64,000 nt of DNA from Ostreococcus lucimarinus (Eukaryota), in NCBI GenBank assembly GCA_000092065.1, contig CP000584.1; one strand, 5' to 3'. Below are positions 10,502 through 21,400 of this stretch, in pieces. Position numbers and translations under genes: made by a program. The notes below the pieces were generated by a model. The model was not told the origin of the DNA and did not search any database. It saw only the letters and a program-made list of their open reading frames with translations. How positions within the stretch are numbered: the stretch's first letter is position 1; every line of letters starts with the position of its first letter.

Positions 10502-12043
10502 ATGCCTCGCTCGAGCGCGGCGAGCATGGAGGCGACGATGACGCCCGGTCAGCTCGGATGGGACTTTTCCCAGGTTTTCGGCGAACGCGCGCCGGGGGAG
10601 GAGGTGCAGGACGCGGATGTCATATCGGCGGTAGAGTTTAACGCCGATGGAGAAAAACTGGCGACAGGTGATCGCGGTGGGCGTGTCGTGCTGTTTGAAC
10701 GCGTGTACCAGAGTAAGAGCGCGATGGAGGAGTTACGTTCGAGGTTCGACGAGAGCGGCGTGGCGAGCGACGTCGACGGCGGCGAGAAAGGGACGGACGC
10801 GGCGTTTAGTGGACGCAAGGAACCGGTGGAATATCGTTACTTGACCGAGTTTCAATCGCACGAGCCGGAGTTTGATTATCTCAAGTCGCTGGAGATTGAG
10901 GAGAAGATCAATACGTTGAAGTGGTGTCACCAAGGGGCGAACGACGCGAATTTCTTGTTGTCCACAAACGACAAGACGATCAAGCTCTGGAAGGTATATG
11001 AGAAGCACTTAGAGTGCGTGAGTGGGTTCAACGTCCATAGAGAAGAAGATAGATTCGGGTTTAGACGGACGAATGGTGGGAAGGCCGCCACGACGAGCGC
11101 GACGGGCATTGGCGCTTTGGCGAATGAGCAACACGCGGGCGCGCTGAAGATTCCCTCCGTCGTGCGTGGGGAGAGCGTGTTCACGGCGAGAAACCGGCGA
11201 ATGTATGCGAACGCGCACGCGTATCACATCAACTCGCTGAGCGTGAATAGCGATGGAGAGACGTTTATTAGTGCGGATGATTTGCGGATAAACTTGTGGC
11301 ACTTGGAGAGTACGCAGCAAAGTTTCAACATCGTGGACATCAAACCTACGAACATGGAAGACTTGAGCGAGGTGATCACCGCCGCGGAATTTCACCCGGT
11401 GCACTGTAACTATTTGGCGTTCTCGTCGAGCAAAGGAACCATACGTTTGACGGATTTACGTCAACACTCGGTGTGCGATTCGCACTGTAAGCTGTTTGAA
11501 CTCCCGGAGCCGGCGGAGAAGAGAAGTTTCTTTTCGGAAATCATAGCCAGCATCAGCGACATCAAGTTCAGTCGAGACGGTCGATACATATTATCGCGAG
11601 ATTATCTCACCATGAAACTTTGGGACGTCAACATGGACAGCAAACCTGTGGCGACGGTGAACGTGCACGAGCACCTTCGTCCCAAACTGTGCGACTTGTA
11701 CGAGAACGATTCTATTTTCGACAAGTTTCAATGCTGCGTCAACCACGACGGTTCTCAAGTCGCCACAGGTTCATACGGGAACGTGTTCAAGAGCTTTAAC
11801 ACCGCTATCGGCGACGAGGGTGAATCGGGAGGCCAATTTGAAGTGTCCAAGGATCCGCGGGGCAGATTGACTCCGAAGACGCGCGGCAACGGATATCACG
11901 GCGGCGCCGGTGACATCTTCAACCTTCCTCCGGCTGATTTCCGCGCGAACAAAATCCTCCACATGGCCTGGCACCCGAAAGAAGACATCATCGCCACTGC
12001 CGCCGCCAACTCCCTGTACTTCTTCTCCGGCGGCTCTCCGTGA
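10502..12043 (+). CDS. PP2A regulatory subunit B (B55/PR55 family, WD40)
   Basis: 513-aa ORF collinear with B55 (FSQVFG...VISAVEFNADGEKLATGDRGGRVVLFER, FQSHEPEFDYLKSLEIEEKIN, ANAHAYHINSLSVNSDGETFISADDLRINLWHLE, AWHPKEDIIATAAANSLYFF). Confidence 0.93.
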   Translation: MPRSSAASMEATMTPGQLGWDFSQVFGERAPGEEVQDADVISAVEFNADGEKLATGDRGGRVVLFERVYQSKSAMEELRSRFDESGVASDVDGGEKGTDAAFSGRKEPVEYRYLTEFQSHEPEFDYLKSLEIEEKINTLKWCHQGANDANFLLSTNDKTIKLWKVYEKHLECVSGFNVHREEDRFGFRRTNGGKAATTSATGIGALANEQHAGALKIPSVVRGESVFTARNRRMYANAHAYHINSLSVNSDGETFISADDLRINLWHLESTQQSFNIVDIKPTNMEDLSEVITAAEFHPVHCNYLAFSSSKGTIRLTDLRQHSVCDSHCKLFELPEPAEKRSFFSEIIASISDIKFSRDGRYILSRDYLTMKLWDVNMDSKPVATVNVHEHLRPKLCDLYENDSIFDKFQCCVNHDGSQVATGSYGNVFKSFNTAIGDEGESGGQFEVSKDPRGRLTPKTRGNGYHGGAGDIFNLPPADFRANKILHMAWHPKEDIIATAAANSLYFFSGGSP

Positions 12044-12234
12044 GCCGCCCGAGGCGAGAAAGCACCGCGCGGGTCCTGCCCGCGCTCATAGAACCAACAG
12101 CGCCAACGCGCAGCCGCTCGATTTTAATCACGCAAATTAGCGCCGATCGCGTTTCCGCTTCCATCGCGTCGATTTTCGCACCCGCCTTCGCGCGTCGACA
12201 CCGCACTGCGCGCAGCGGCGACGCGCTCGCCGGC

Positions 12235-12762
12235 ATGGACGCGTCCACCTTCCGAGCGTTCCGCGACCGCGGCGCCTTCGCCCCGCACGAACAGACGAAA
12301 ACGACCACCGACGACCCATCGCGCCGTCCTTCGTTTCACGACGCCGAGCGCGCGACGCGCAGCACCGCCGACCAAGCGTCGCATTCGGTCCCAGTCGGTC
12401 GGTCCCAGTCGCCGCGTCGACTCGACGGCTGGCCCGAGGAAACTCGACACATCAATATCGGCGCTCGCACCGTTCACTGGCGCCGATCCCACACGCGCGC
12501 GACGCTGCAGGCGTTGATGTGGTCGGGCGTCGTCGCGACGTCGTGCTGGTGCTACCTGCGCGTCAGCTCCGTCAGCGGCGCGCTGCTCCTCGGCGCGTGC
12601 GTGTTCGCCAAGGCGAGCTTCGACATGCTGGTCGCGCTCAGATCGTCGAAGAGCGAGACCACCGCGAATTGGTACGTCGAGGACGCGAACGAGGCCGTCC
12701 ACACGGGACCATTCGTGACGCCGCGGTACGGCGCCGAGGACGGCCGAGCCGAAGCCGCGTAG
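12235..12762 (+). CDS. Hypothetical small membrane protein (about 175 aa)
   Basis: The ATG at 12235 lies in the frame of the 12040 ORF. There is very strong GC3 codon bias throughout and a hydrophobic hairpin (LQALMWSGVVATSCWCYLRVSSVSGALLLGACVFA). I see no recognisable domain. Confidence 0.45.
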   Translation: MDASTFRAFRDRGAFAPHEQTKTTTDDPSRRPSFHDAERATRSTADQASHSVPVGRSQSPRRLDGWPEETRHINIGARTVHWRRSHTRATLQALMWSGVVATSCWCYLRVSSVSGALLLGACVFAKASFDMLVALRSSKSETTANWYVEDANEAVHTGPFVTPRYGAEDGRAEAA

Positions 12763-13412
12763 CGCGTCGCGATATCGCGAACTGTAGATCTATCTAGCCC
12801 TGAACGCCGATCGACCGCCGGTCGACGCGTCGTTCGCGCACATAGCCGTCGCTTTCTTTGTATTCACTCGTGCCGCGCACGTTTGCGATCGATCTTCGAT
12901 CGCGCTCGCGAGTCCTCGCGTCCCGCTCGACGACCCCGCGCGCGATCTTGTCCGCACTTTGAGACTCCCGAAGCGCGCGCGCCATGCTTCGAGAGATCGC
13001 TAAGCGAGTGATTCCGCGAAAGCAGTGGGCGGCCACATACGTCGATACCATGCCCGTGCGTGCGCGGTGACCGGTGACGCGCGCGCGCGACGTTTTAATT
13101 CGCTCGGGACACGGCTCGGGTGAGCTTCGTTTTATCGACAGAAAAGACTGACGACGACGCGCTTCGTGCGCTGAACCGCGCGCAGAGCATGCGACACGCG
13201 AGAGGCGCCGCGCGATGGGGCGGAGTGGCGGTGTTTGGGTTGTTTTGGTTGATCGGGGACGAGTCGTTCGCGTGGGCGAAGAGCGTCGTCGTCGGCGGAG
13301 CCTCGGAGGAGGAGGAATAGGTTGTGCGGTGCGAGATTTCGCGCATGTGATATTAAAAAAGACGTGATCGAATGCTTTTACGCTCGCGCGCGATGCGACG
13401 AATCGAGAGGCG

Positions 13413-15950
13413 TCATCGTCCCACGGTTTCGCGCGGTTTCGCGCGTTGCCGGACGCCCTGCGACGTGATATCCCCGCTCGCGTGCGCGAATTGAGAGTTT
13501 GGATCGGTCCCGGCGTGGGCGACGGTGCCACCGACCGGGGCGGCGGGGATCGGAGTGGACTCGGGCGACCAACTGCGCGCGCCCTCGTCGGCGAGTTTTT
13601 TCAGTATGCCCACGCCAACTGGGACGATTTTCGCCGCGAGGACGGTCAAGCCCGGGACCATGCCGAGCTGCATCGCGGATGTGACGTCGAGTTGATTAAA
13701 GATCGCGCGAGCGTATAAGCCCAGAGCGACGATGATGAATAGCGTCAAAGGATGCGTGAGCAACCATTTGATTTCATTCATGCCCAAGATTATCAACAGA
13801 ACAATCATCCAAATTGGCGCGCCTCCGGTGAGGGCTCGTCGCGCGGCTTCTTTCGCCGCCATGGCTTGCGAGACGGCGTAGAGAGTATCGGATTCGAACT
13901 GAAGCCAAATCGTTCGACATTCGGCAGGAGTCAAGATGACGGCGTCATCGGCGGCGTCTTCCCATTCCGTCGGCAGCGACACGGCGACTGGTTCTGCCGT
14001 CGACGGCGTTTCCGTCGCATCGTCGCCGTCTTCAACGCCCGATGTCAGCGGCGCATCCGATGGAATCAGGCCGTAAAGCGCAGTTTCGATCGATTTAATT
14101 GCCGCGTCGTCGCCCTTCTTATCTGCACGGTCGTCCAGACGCGTCACCGCGAGGAGCGATAACACCCGCAGAGCTTCTCGCTGTGCTTTTCTATTTATCG
14201 CCGCCACGTCATCCAGCGGACGCCAAATTCTCGGTAAACCCTTGGAATCTTTCGAAAACACTCGAGCAAACGCTTGTTTCATGTGTGCCAACGCAGCGGT
14301 GGCGGCGTCGCGCGATTTCCCGTCGACTACCTCGGTGATTCTATTGCGCATGTTCTGGTGCACGCGCTCTACTTCCTCATCGCTGGGCTCAAACTCACTC
14401 ACAGCATCCGCCACTTCCGAATTCCACTTTTCCGCAGCGCTCGAGCGCATTTGGCGCAGCTTGTACCACATGTCACGCGGTGCTTCCTCCAACAGTCCGA
14501 TGGCTTGCGCGCTGACGCCGCGCTCCATCGCACGTTCGCACGCGTGAATGGTCAAGTTCATGCGTTCCTTACGCAACGAGTCCACGATCGCATCGATGGT
14601 CTTGTGGAAATTTTTTGTTTCCTCCACGACAAAATCCGCCCACGCGAGATCATCGGTCGGTAAAGACTCGTCGAGTCTTTCTTCCCACTGCGCGTCGAGC
14701 TTGGTAAACGTCTCCTTCAAAAACGTCGCGAATCCAACTCTATCTTCACTTCGCTTTTTCCCCGGCACGTACGCCGCCGCGGCGTCACCAAGTGTCGCGT
14801 TCACTTCGTGCACGAGCGACTCGACAATATCTTGACGCACGTGTTCTAAATGCATCGATGCGACCTCGCCGAGCGTCTTGGCGACGCGCGCTTTCAAATC
14901 CAAGCGCTTCGCTTCGCGCACCTCCTTCACGAAGTACTTGGCTTCGTCGTCGTAAGGTGTCAAGGCTTTGTTCGTCAACTTTTCAATTTTGGACACAAGA
15001 TGCGACACCTTGGCGCTTTTGGCTTCCTTCAGTAGATTCGCCAGTTCGTCGCACTCGGTAATTTGCGCGAGCGCGGCGTCGGCGATTTCCTCGCATCGCA
15101 CTGTAGCTACCATAATCTTGTGCGCAGGCAGATCTAAGTCTTTATTCGCCTTGACCGTGTTCCACACTTCACGCAATGAAACCCCCAAACCGGAAATGGG
15201 TACCGCTGCGGCGGTGTCGCGTAAACTGTCCGCAGCGTTCGCCGGCGCGTCAAAGCGCGCGCGCAGCGCCTTCGCTTCTGCGACAAACAACTCGTGCTCA
15301 TGCTCGTAATGCGGCAGCGAAGTGAATTTCAACTCAAACAAGTCCGTAATCGCACTGTTCGCGTACCTCTCCGGCTTCGTGATGCCGCGCCAGATCGATT
15401 CTAAATCTCCGCGCAAATTCTCCACAAGCCGCTCAAACGGCGTCTTCGACCTATCCCGAATCACAAACAACAACACCGTCTTCTTCTCCGGCGAAAACAC
15501 CTTCAAGTTCACCTCAAATATCGTCCTCAACAACGGTTTCCCGCTCGCTTGTTCCCGACCGATATCGTTGCACCACATATTCACCAACAGCACGTCCGCG
15601 CTCGCCATCGCGAAGAGCGCCGTCTGCTTCTCGAACGCCGTGTCCTCCTCCCCTCGTTCGCGTCCATCCGTCCCCTCCAGATCCATCACCAGCGTCGGCG
15701 TCGTTTCACACGTTTCCGCTCGCGACAGCCACACTCCTTGCGTCGTTTGCGACCGTCCGAGGCTATCATCCATCTCCCGGAACGCCGTCCCGAACGCGTG
15801 GTTCAGCAGCGTCGACTTCCCCGAGCTCTGCGGTCCCATGATGGCGACGATTTGATACTTCGACTCCCACCCGCTCGCGTTCGCCGGCAGCGCCGCGCGC
15901 AGACTTTCATCGACGTACTCTCCGTCGAACGTCACGATCTGCGTCGCCAT
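13413..15950 (-). CDS. RHD3: RHD3/Sey1-type dynamin-like GTPase (atlastin-like ER fusion GTPase)
   Basis: 845-aa ORF whose N-terminal GTPase domain matches RHD3/Sey1 (QIVAIMGPQSSGKSTLLNHAFGTAFREMDD...GRSQTTQGVWLS). A long helical middle region follows, and there is a C-terminal double transmembrane segment (APIWMIVLLIILGMNEIKWLLTHPLTLFIIVALGLYA). Confidence 0.9.
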   Translation of the reverse strand: MATQIVTFDGEYVDESLRAALPANASGWESKYQIVAIMGPQSSGKSTLLNHAFGTAFREMDDSLGRSQTTQGVWLSRAETCETTPTLVMDLEGTDGRERGEEDTAFEKQTALFAMASADVLLVNMWCNDIGREQASGKPLLRTIFEVNLKVFSPEKKTVLLFVIRDRSKTPFERLVENLRGDLESIWRGITKPERYANSAITDLFELKFTSLPHYEHEHELFVAEAKALRARFDAPANAADSLRDTAAAVPISGLGVSLREVWNTVKANKDLDLPAHKIMVATVRCEEIADAALAQITECDELANLLKEAKSAKVSHLVSKIEKLTNKALTPYDDEAKYFVKEVREAKRLDLKARVAKTLGEVASMHLEHVRQDIVESLVHEVNATLGDAAAAYVPGKKRSEDRVGFATFLKETFTKLDAQWEERLDESLPTDDLAWADFVVEETKNFHKTIDAIVDSLRKERMNLTIHACERAMERGVSAQAIGLLEEAPRDMWYKLRQMRSSAAEKWNSEVADAVSEFEPSDEEVERVHQNMRNRITEVVDGKSRDAATAALAHMKQAFARVFSKDSKGLPRIWRPLDDVAAINRKAQREALRVLSLLAVTRLDDRADKKGDDAAIKSIETALYGLIPSDAPLTSGVEDGDDATETPSTAEPVAVSLPTEWEDAADDAVILTPAECRTIWLQFESDTLYAVSQAMAAKEAARRALTGGAPIWMIVLLIILGMNEIKWLLTHPLTLFIIVALGLYARAIFNQLDVTSAMQLGMVPGLTVLAAKIVPVGVGILKKLADEGARSWSPESTPIPAAPVGGTVAHAGTDPNSQFAHASGDITSQGVRQRAKPRETVGR

Positions 15951-16293
15951 CGTCGTCGCGCCGAGCCGTCGAGACGCGCAATCCAGTCAACCAACGGTGA
16001 ATTCGCTCGATCGTTCGTTCGCTCGCTCGCGCGCGCGCGCGCGCGTCCGTCGCTCGCGCGCGTCCGTCGGCGTCGATCGTCGCGTCGTCGGTCGATCGAT
16101 CGCTCGGCGCGCGTCGCGACGATCGCGACGAACGATTCGCGGCGAGATGTGCCGTCGCCGCGCTGTCGTCGCGCTGTCGCACTCGACGACGCGCGCGACC
16201 GAGCGAGGACGCGCGCATCGTCGCCGACGACGGCCGAGCGGCGCGAGAGAGACGCGCGCGCGCGTCGGGAGCGCGCGTCGGGGCGAACGGCGC

Positions 16294-16348
16294 GACGACG
16301 ACGACGATGACGATGACGACGATGACGACGACGACGACGATGACGATT
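16294..16348. repeat. (GAC/GAT)n trinucleotide microsatellite in a divergent intergenic region
   Basis: gacgacgacgacgatgacgatgacgacgatgacgacgacgacgacgatgacgat. It yields poly-Asp and poly-Thr spurious ORFs on both strands. Confidence 0.8.
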
Positions 16349-16384
16349 CGGACGGACCGCGCGACGACGGACCGCGCGCGACGA

Positions 16385-17152
16385 ATGCGCGCGATGACGG
16401 CGCGCGGCGCGCGACGATGCGCGACGACGCGCCGAGCGTCGACGCCGGAGGCGCGGGAGGCGAGCGATGGGAGCTTTGAGTGGTATCGCGAGCCGCAACG
16501 CGTGGCGACGGCGTGCGCGTGGGTGGCGCTCGGGTCGTTCGCGACCTTCGGGGCGCCGAGCGGGACGTCGGCGTTCGATTTAGAGCTCGTGAAATCGCTC
16601 GTGAGCGCACCGTTCACGGGGGCGGTGAACCCGTTGTTCGAGGCGTTGTTCAATTCGCTGGGCGTCGTTCCGGCGACGTACGCGTGCTTGATGATGCCCG
16701 GCGCGAAGGGGAATAAGTCGCCGTTTCCCGCGGCGCTGTGCGTCGGCGCGAGCTTTGCCCTCGGCTTTTTCGCGCTCGGACCGTATTTGGTGACTCGCGA
16801 GCCGCGAACGAGGGTGAAGAGGAGCGAATTAGGATTCGTGACGAGAAATATTTGGGAGAGCAAGCTCAACGCGGCGGCGTTGTTAGGATTCGCGGCGTAT
16901 CTGGCCTTTTACGGCGCCTCGAACGTGACGCCTGACACGCTCGCCGGTTTCGCCACGCTTTTCAAAGAGCAATCCATGCTCGCGTGCGTGAGCACGTGCG
17001 ACTTGATCGTCCTCTCGCTGTGCGTGGCGCCCGCCATCGCCGAGGACATGCGTCGCAGAGACGTCGACGACGCCAACGCCCTCGCGTTCGCCAGCGTCCC
17101 CGTCCTCGGTCCGGCGTGCTGGCTTCTCGTGCGTCCATCGTTAGAGGATTAA
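16385..17152 (+). CDS. Hypothetical multi-pass membrane protein with Arg/Ala/Thr-rich N-terminal presequence
   Basis: Good GC3 periodicity with several hydrophobic segments (ACAWVALGSFATFGAP, AALCVGASFALGFFALGPYLV, AALLGFAAYLAFYG, LIVLSLCVAPAIA). The start is placed at the ATG at 16385, because upstream of it the ORF runs through the microsatellite. The N-terminus is organellar-targeting-like. Confidence 0.5.
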   Translation: MRAMTARGARRCATTRRASTPEAREASDGSFEWYREPQRVATACAWVALGSFATFGAPSGTSAFDLELVKSLVSAPFTGAVNPLFEALFNSLGVVPATYACLMMPGAKGNKSPFPAALCVGASFALGFFALGPYLVTREPRTRVKRSELGFVTRNIWESKLNAAALLGFAAYLAFYGASNVTPDTLAGFATLFKEQSMLACVSTCDLIVLSLCVAPAIAEDMRRRDVDDANALAFASVPVLGPACWLLVRPSLED

Positions 17153-17293
17153 ATTCACTTATCGCGGTATTCTTTCGTCCATCGTTCGTCCGCGTCGACG
17201 CGCCCGTCGAGATTTTTCTAGATTTTTTCCTCCACTGGGCAAACAGTCACGCGACGTGAACGTCGACCTCCCTCTGGCGCTCGTCCTCAGAGC

Positions 17294-18335
17294 ATGTCTC
17301 GCGCCGCCGCCCGCCTCCTCGCCCGCGCCGCCGCCGCGCCCGCGCCCGCGCCCGCGCCGCCCGCGTCCGCGCGCGCGATCGCGAGCGCGGCGAACGACGC
17401 GACGTTTTCTTTCGGAAAAGCGCAAGCCCAGTTTTACGATGACGTCCTCGTCGATGGCGTCTTCAAGCCCTGGACGGAGAGCGTGTTCGCGACGTCGCGA
17501 CCGGTGACCGGTGACGCGGTCTTAGACGTCGCGTGCGGCACGGGCGTGGTGGCGCGCGAGTGCGCGGCGTTGGTGGGAGAATCGGTGGGTGACGGTCGAG
17601 CGCGGACGTCCCGAAGCGCCGCGAAGACGCGTCCCGAAGCGAAGAAGCGAAACGAAACGGCGACTGACCGCGGACGCGCGCGTTCGGTGGACGCAGGGTA
17701 AAGTGACGGCGATCGATAACTCGCCCGGGATGCTGGCGCGCGCGAAAGCGAATCCGGCGTCGAGAGGTATCGAGTATTTGGAATTCGACGCGTGCGCGCC
17801 GACGCTCCCGCGGCGCGCGTTCGATCGAGCGTACTGTCAGCAAGGCTTACAGTTCATGGCGGACCCCACGGCGGCGATGAAAGCGGTGCTGTCGAGTTTG
17901 AAACGAGGTGGACATTTCACGTGCGCGGTCTGGGCGCCCGCGAATTCGAGCGAGAATCAAATCATCTACCACCTCGGCGAGGCGCTCAGAGACGTCGGGC
18001 GCGAAGACTGGGTCGACGTCGCCGTGAAACCGATGAGCTGGTCCAACACCGACAGTCGCGGAGTGTCGAAATTAGAAGATTGCTTGATCGAAGCGGGGTT
18101 CATCAATCCCGACGTCGCGTGCGAGGACGGCACGTTCGCTTTCGATGACTTGACCCAAGCCGTGGACATTGCCAAAGTCGGCCCCTACGGCGAAGAGTTG
18201 GCGTCGGACGACGCCTTGTGGAGGGAATTTTCCGAAAACTTCCGCGCGCGTTTGAAGATGTACGTGCAAGAAGACGGCCGCGTCGTCGTTCCCGCGCGCT
18301 CTTTCATCGGTCACGGCGTCGCGCCGTGGAATTAG
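17294..18335 (+). CDS. SAM-dependent methyltransferase (class I, Methyltransf_11/25-like) with N-terminal presequence; join(17294..17584,17697..18335)
   Basis: Motif I VLDVACGTGVVARECAALVGES lies at the end of ORF 17294. The post-motif segment KVTAIDNSPGMLARAK and motif II region (GGHFTCAVWAP) are in ORF 17589, in another frame. A 112-nt intron with GTGGGT donor, cgactgac branch and acgcag acceptor joins them in frame. Confidence 0.8.
17585..17696 (+). other. Intron (112 nt) in the methyltransferase gene
   Basis: It has a GTGGGT donor, a CTGAC branch 26 nt from the 3' end and an ACGCAG acceptor. It is required to keep the conserved MTase motifs in one frame. Confidence 0.75.
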
Positions 18336-18455
18336 TTAATTTATTGCGCAGTCCAACGTGTTCAGAGCTCAAAAGTCCGTTTGGCGAATCCAACCGTCAT
18401 CACCGCACACATCGCCGCGTTCGTCGGCGCGCGCGACCCGCACGCCGCCCGCGCG

Positions 18456-21400
18456 ATGTACATCGAGGAAGTATGCATCGATGGCTTCAAGTCGTACGCC
18501 AAACGCACCGTCGTTCCGGGATTTGATCCGTTATTCAACGCGATCACCGGGTTGAACGGCTCGGGCAAGTCGAACATCTTGGATTCGATTTGTTTCGTGC
18601 TCGGGATTTCGAATCTCACGCACGTACGTCCGCGACGACGCGTCGGTGCTCGCGCACGTTGGATGGAGTTTCGTGCGCTCGGCGGCCGCGATGGATGACG
18701 ACGCGCGCGACGCGTGGGGGGGGAGATGATGACGACGCGCGCGGGGGGAACGAGCGCGCGCGAGGCGCGGTCGACGCGCGAGGGGATCGATCGCTGACGC
18801 GCGGCTCGATGCGGTAGCGATGAGAGCAGACGCGCGTAAAATTGATTGACTGACGATGTGCGCGCGTTCGGTCGAACGCAGGTGCGCGCGGCGAGCTTGC
18901 AAGAGCTCGTGTATAAGCAAGGCCAAGCGGGCGTCACCAAGGCGTCGGTGAGCGTGACGTTTAACAACGAGGATCGGACGCGGTCACCGGTCGGATACGA
19001 GCATTGCGATCGCATCACGGTGACGAGACAGATCGTGATTGGTGGGAAGAATAAGTACATGATCAATGGCGCGACGGCGCAGCCGACGCGGGTGCAGAAT
19101 TTGTTTCACTCGGTGCAGTTAAACGTGAACAATCCGCACTTTTTAATCATGCAAGGACGAATCACAAAGGTGTTGAACATGAAACCGCCGGAGATTTTGG
19201 GGATGCTCGAAGAGGCGGCGGGAACGCGGATGTACGAAAACAAAAAGGAAGGCGCGCTGAAGACGCTGGATAAGAAGCAGACCAAGGTTGATGAGATTGA
19301 CAGGTTGCTCGAGGAGGAAATCTTGCCGACGATTGAAAAGCTACGCAAAGAACGTGGCGACTACATGAAGTGGGCGGCGGCGAACGATAATCTCGAGCGC
19401 TTGCGCCGATTCTGCATCGCGTACGATTTCGTGATGGCGCAAGAAGCGGTCGAGAAGGCAAACGCGGGAACATCGAGCATCGTCGAAAAGATTGAAGAGC
19501 ACAAGAGCGCCATCGACGACGCCAATCGCGAGCAAACGGAGCTCGAGCTCCACGCGCAACGTTTGCAAACCGAAAAGGAAGAGCGCATGGGTTCAGAGAT
19601 GAAAGACCTGGTCGTTCGTACCGACACGATGTCCAAGGAGTTGGTGAAGGAAACCACCGCCTTGACGAACAAGCAAAACGAAGTGAAGAGCGAGCAAAAA
19701 GCCAAGGACAAGTTGTTGAAGGATGCTTCGGAAATGGAAGCCGCCGAGTCCAAGCGCGCCGAAAAAGTTGCTGCGCTCGAAGCCGAAGCCGCCGCCGAGC
19801 AAGCGTCGCTCGATGAGAAAGTGGCCGCCGCAGACATGGCTGAGCGCACGCTCCAAGGCGTGCAATCTGGCAAGGGAACGGGCGCAGACAAATCGTTGCA
19901 AGCGCAACTCGCCGACGCCGTCGCCGCGCAATCCTCCTGCGATGCTGAAGTGAAGTCTGCGGCACTCAAAATCAAGCACGTCGAGAAAGAGCTCGCGGTC
20001 GCGCAAAAGTCACTGAGTACGAAGCAAAAGGAAGGCGACAAGCTCACGAAGGAACTTCAATCCGCCGAGTCCGCGGTGGAGACGGCGCGCGCCAATCTCG
20101 CCAACTTTGGTGGATGCACGAGTGACAAGGCGGCCGAGCTCGAAGCGGCGTGCGACAAGGCAAACTTGGAAGTTCAAGAATTACAGCAAGAAGTTGATGT
20201 ATTGAACTCTAAGCTTGGTGACTGCGACTTTCAATTCCGCGATCCCGAGGCGAAGTTTGACCGCAAACGCGTTAAAGGCGTCGTCGCTAAGCTCATGCAA
20301 GTGAAGGACCCTGCCTCGGTCACCGCGCTCGAAGTCGTCGCCGGAGGTAAGCTGCACCAAGTTGTCGTTGATACAGACGTCACCGGTAAAGCACTTTTGG
20401 CTAAGGGTCAACTCAAGAAGCGTGTGACGATAATTCCGTTGAACAAAATCGACAGCCGAACGGCTACGGATCGTCAAATTGCCGCGGCGTCGAGCGTAAG
20501 CAAGGGCGAAGCCTCTCTCGCTCTCAGCCTCGTGACGTATGACGACGACGTGCAAAACGTGATGAAGTATGTTTTTGGTAAGGCTTTCGTCTGCAAAGAT
20601 CAGACCACGGCAAAGGCTGTCGCGTATGACAGAGATGTCATGTTGAACTGCGTCACCGTCGAGGGCGACATGTTCAACCCCAGCGGTGTCATCAGTGGAG
20701 GCTCTCGTAACACCGGCAGCGCGGTGCTGACTAAGCTTCACGCGTTGTACAAGGCTGAAGATGCATTGGCCAAAGCTAAGACTCGCGCCGAGTCCGCGTT
20801 GGAAACCGCCAAGGTGGCAGCCAAGGAGGCGAAAGAGGCGCAAAAGTTGGAAGACGAGTTGGATCGTCACGAACACGCGCTCGGTTTGTTGAAGGAGAAA
20901 GTCAGCGGTTCAGAAGTGCATCAACTCGCCGAAAAAGTTCGCAAATTCGAACAAGATCTAGCTGACGCCAAAAACACGACGGAGGAGGCCAAGGCGAAGA
21001 AGGTTGAGGCTGCACAGACAGCTGCGGCGCTTGAGAAAGAAATCAAGAGCTTTGAAAAGGAGCGCGATTCACGTTTGAAAGAAGCTGAAAAGGCTTTGAA
21101 AGAGGCGAGAAACGCAGTCACCAAAGCTCGAGCGCAAATTAAAGAGAAAGAAGAGTTTGTCACTAGCGCGCGGATCGAGAAAGAAGCTGCGGTTTCGGAA
21201 CGCGCGGCGCTCGATGAGCAAATCAACGAACGCGCCGCCGCCGTCGCGGAGTTGCGAGCCGAAGTCGAGACTATGCAAGCGGCCGTGTCGGAGAAGCAAC
21301 GTGAATACGACGTCGTCGCAGCTGAGCTTGAAGACCGGCGCGCGCGTGTCGCTGCGTGCGATGTCGAAATCTCTAAGCTGCTTAAGCGCAAGGAGAAACT

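Noticed and set aside
12040-12234. 5' extension of the 240-aa ORF starting inside the PP2A-B55 stop region
   Set aside because: It overlaps the B55 C-terminus and stop. Only the portion from the ATG at 12235 shows coherent GC3 coding signal.
12794-13531. 245-aa minus-strand ORF and overlapping small ORFs
   Set aside because: It sits in the 3' flank between a small TM gene and the RHD3 gene, overlapping the RHD3 3' end. It has no codon-bias support and a low-complexity peptide.
15907-16869. 320-aa minus-strand ORF and neighbouring Arg/Ser-rich ORFs (15932..16610, 15997..16479 with a poly-Asp run)
   Set aside because: They run antisense to the supported membrane-protein gene and through the (GAC)n microsatellite. 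Their composition (R/S/A/P-rich, second-position G/C codons) is the expected artefact of reading GC3-biased DNA in the wrong frame.
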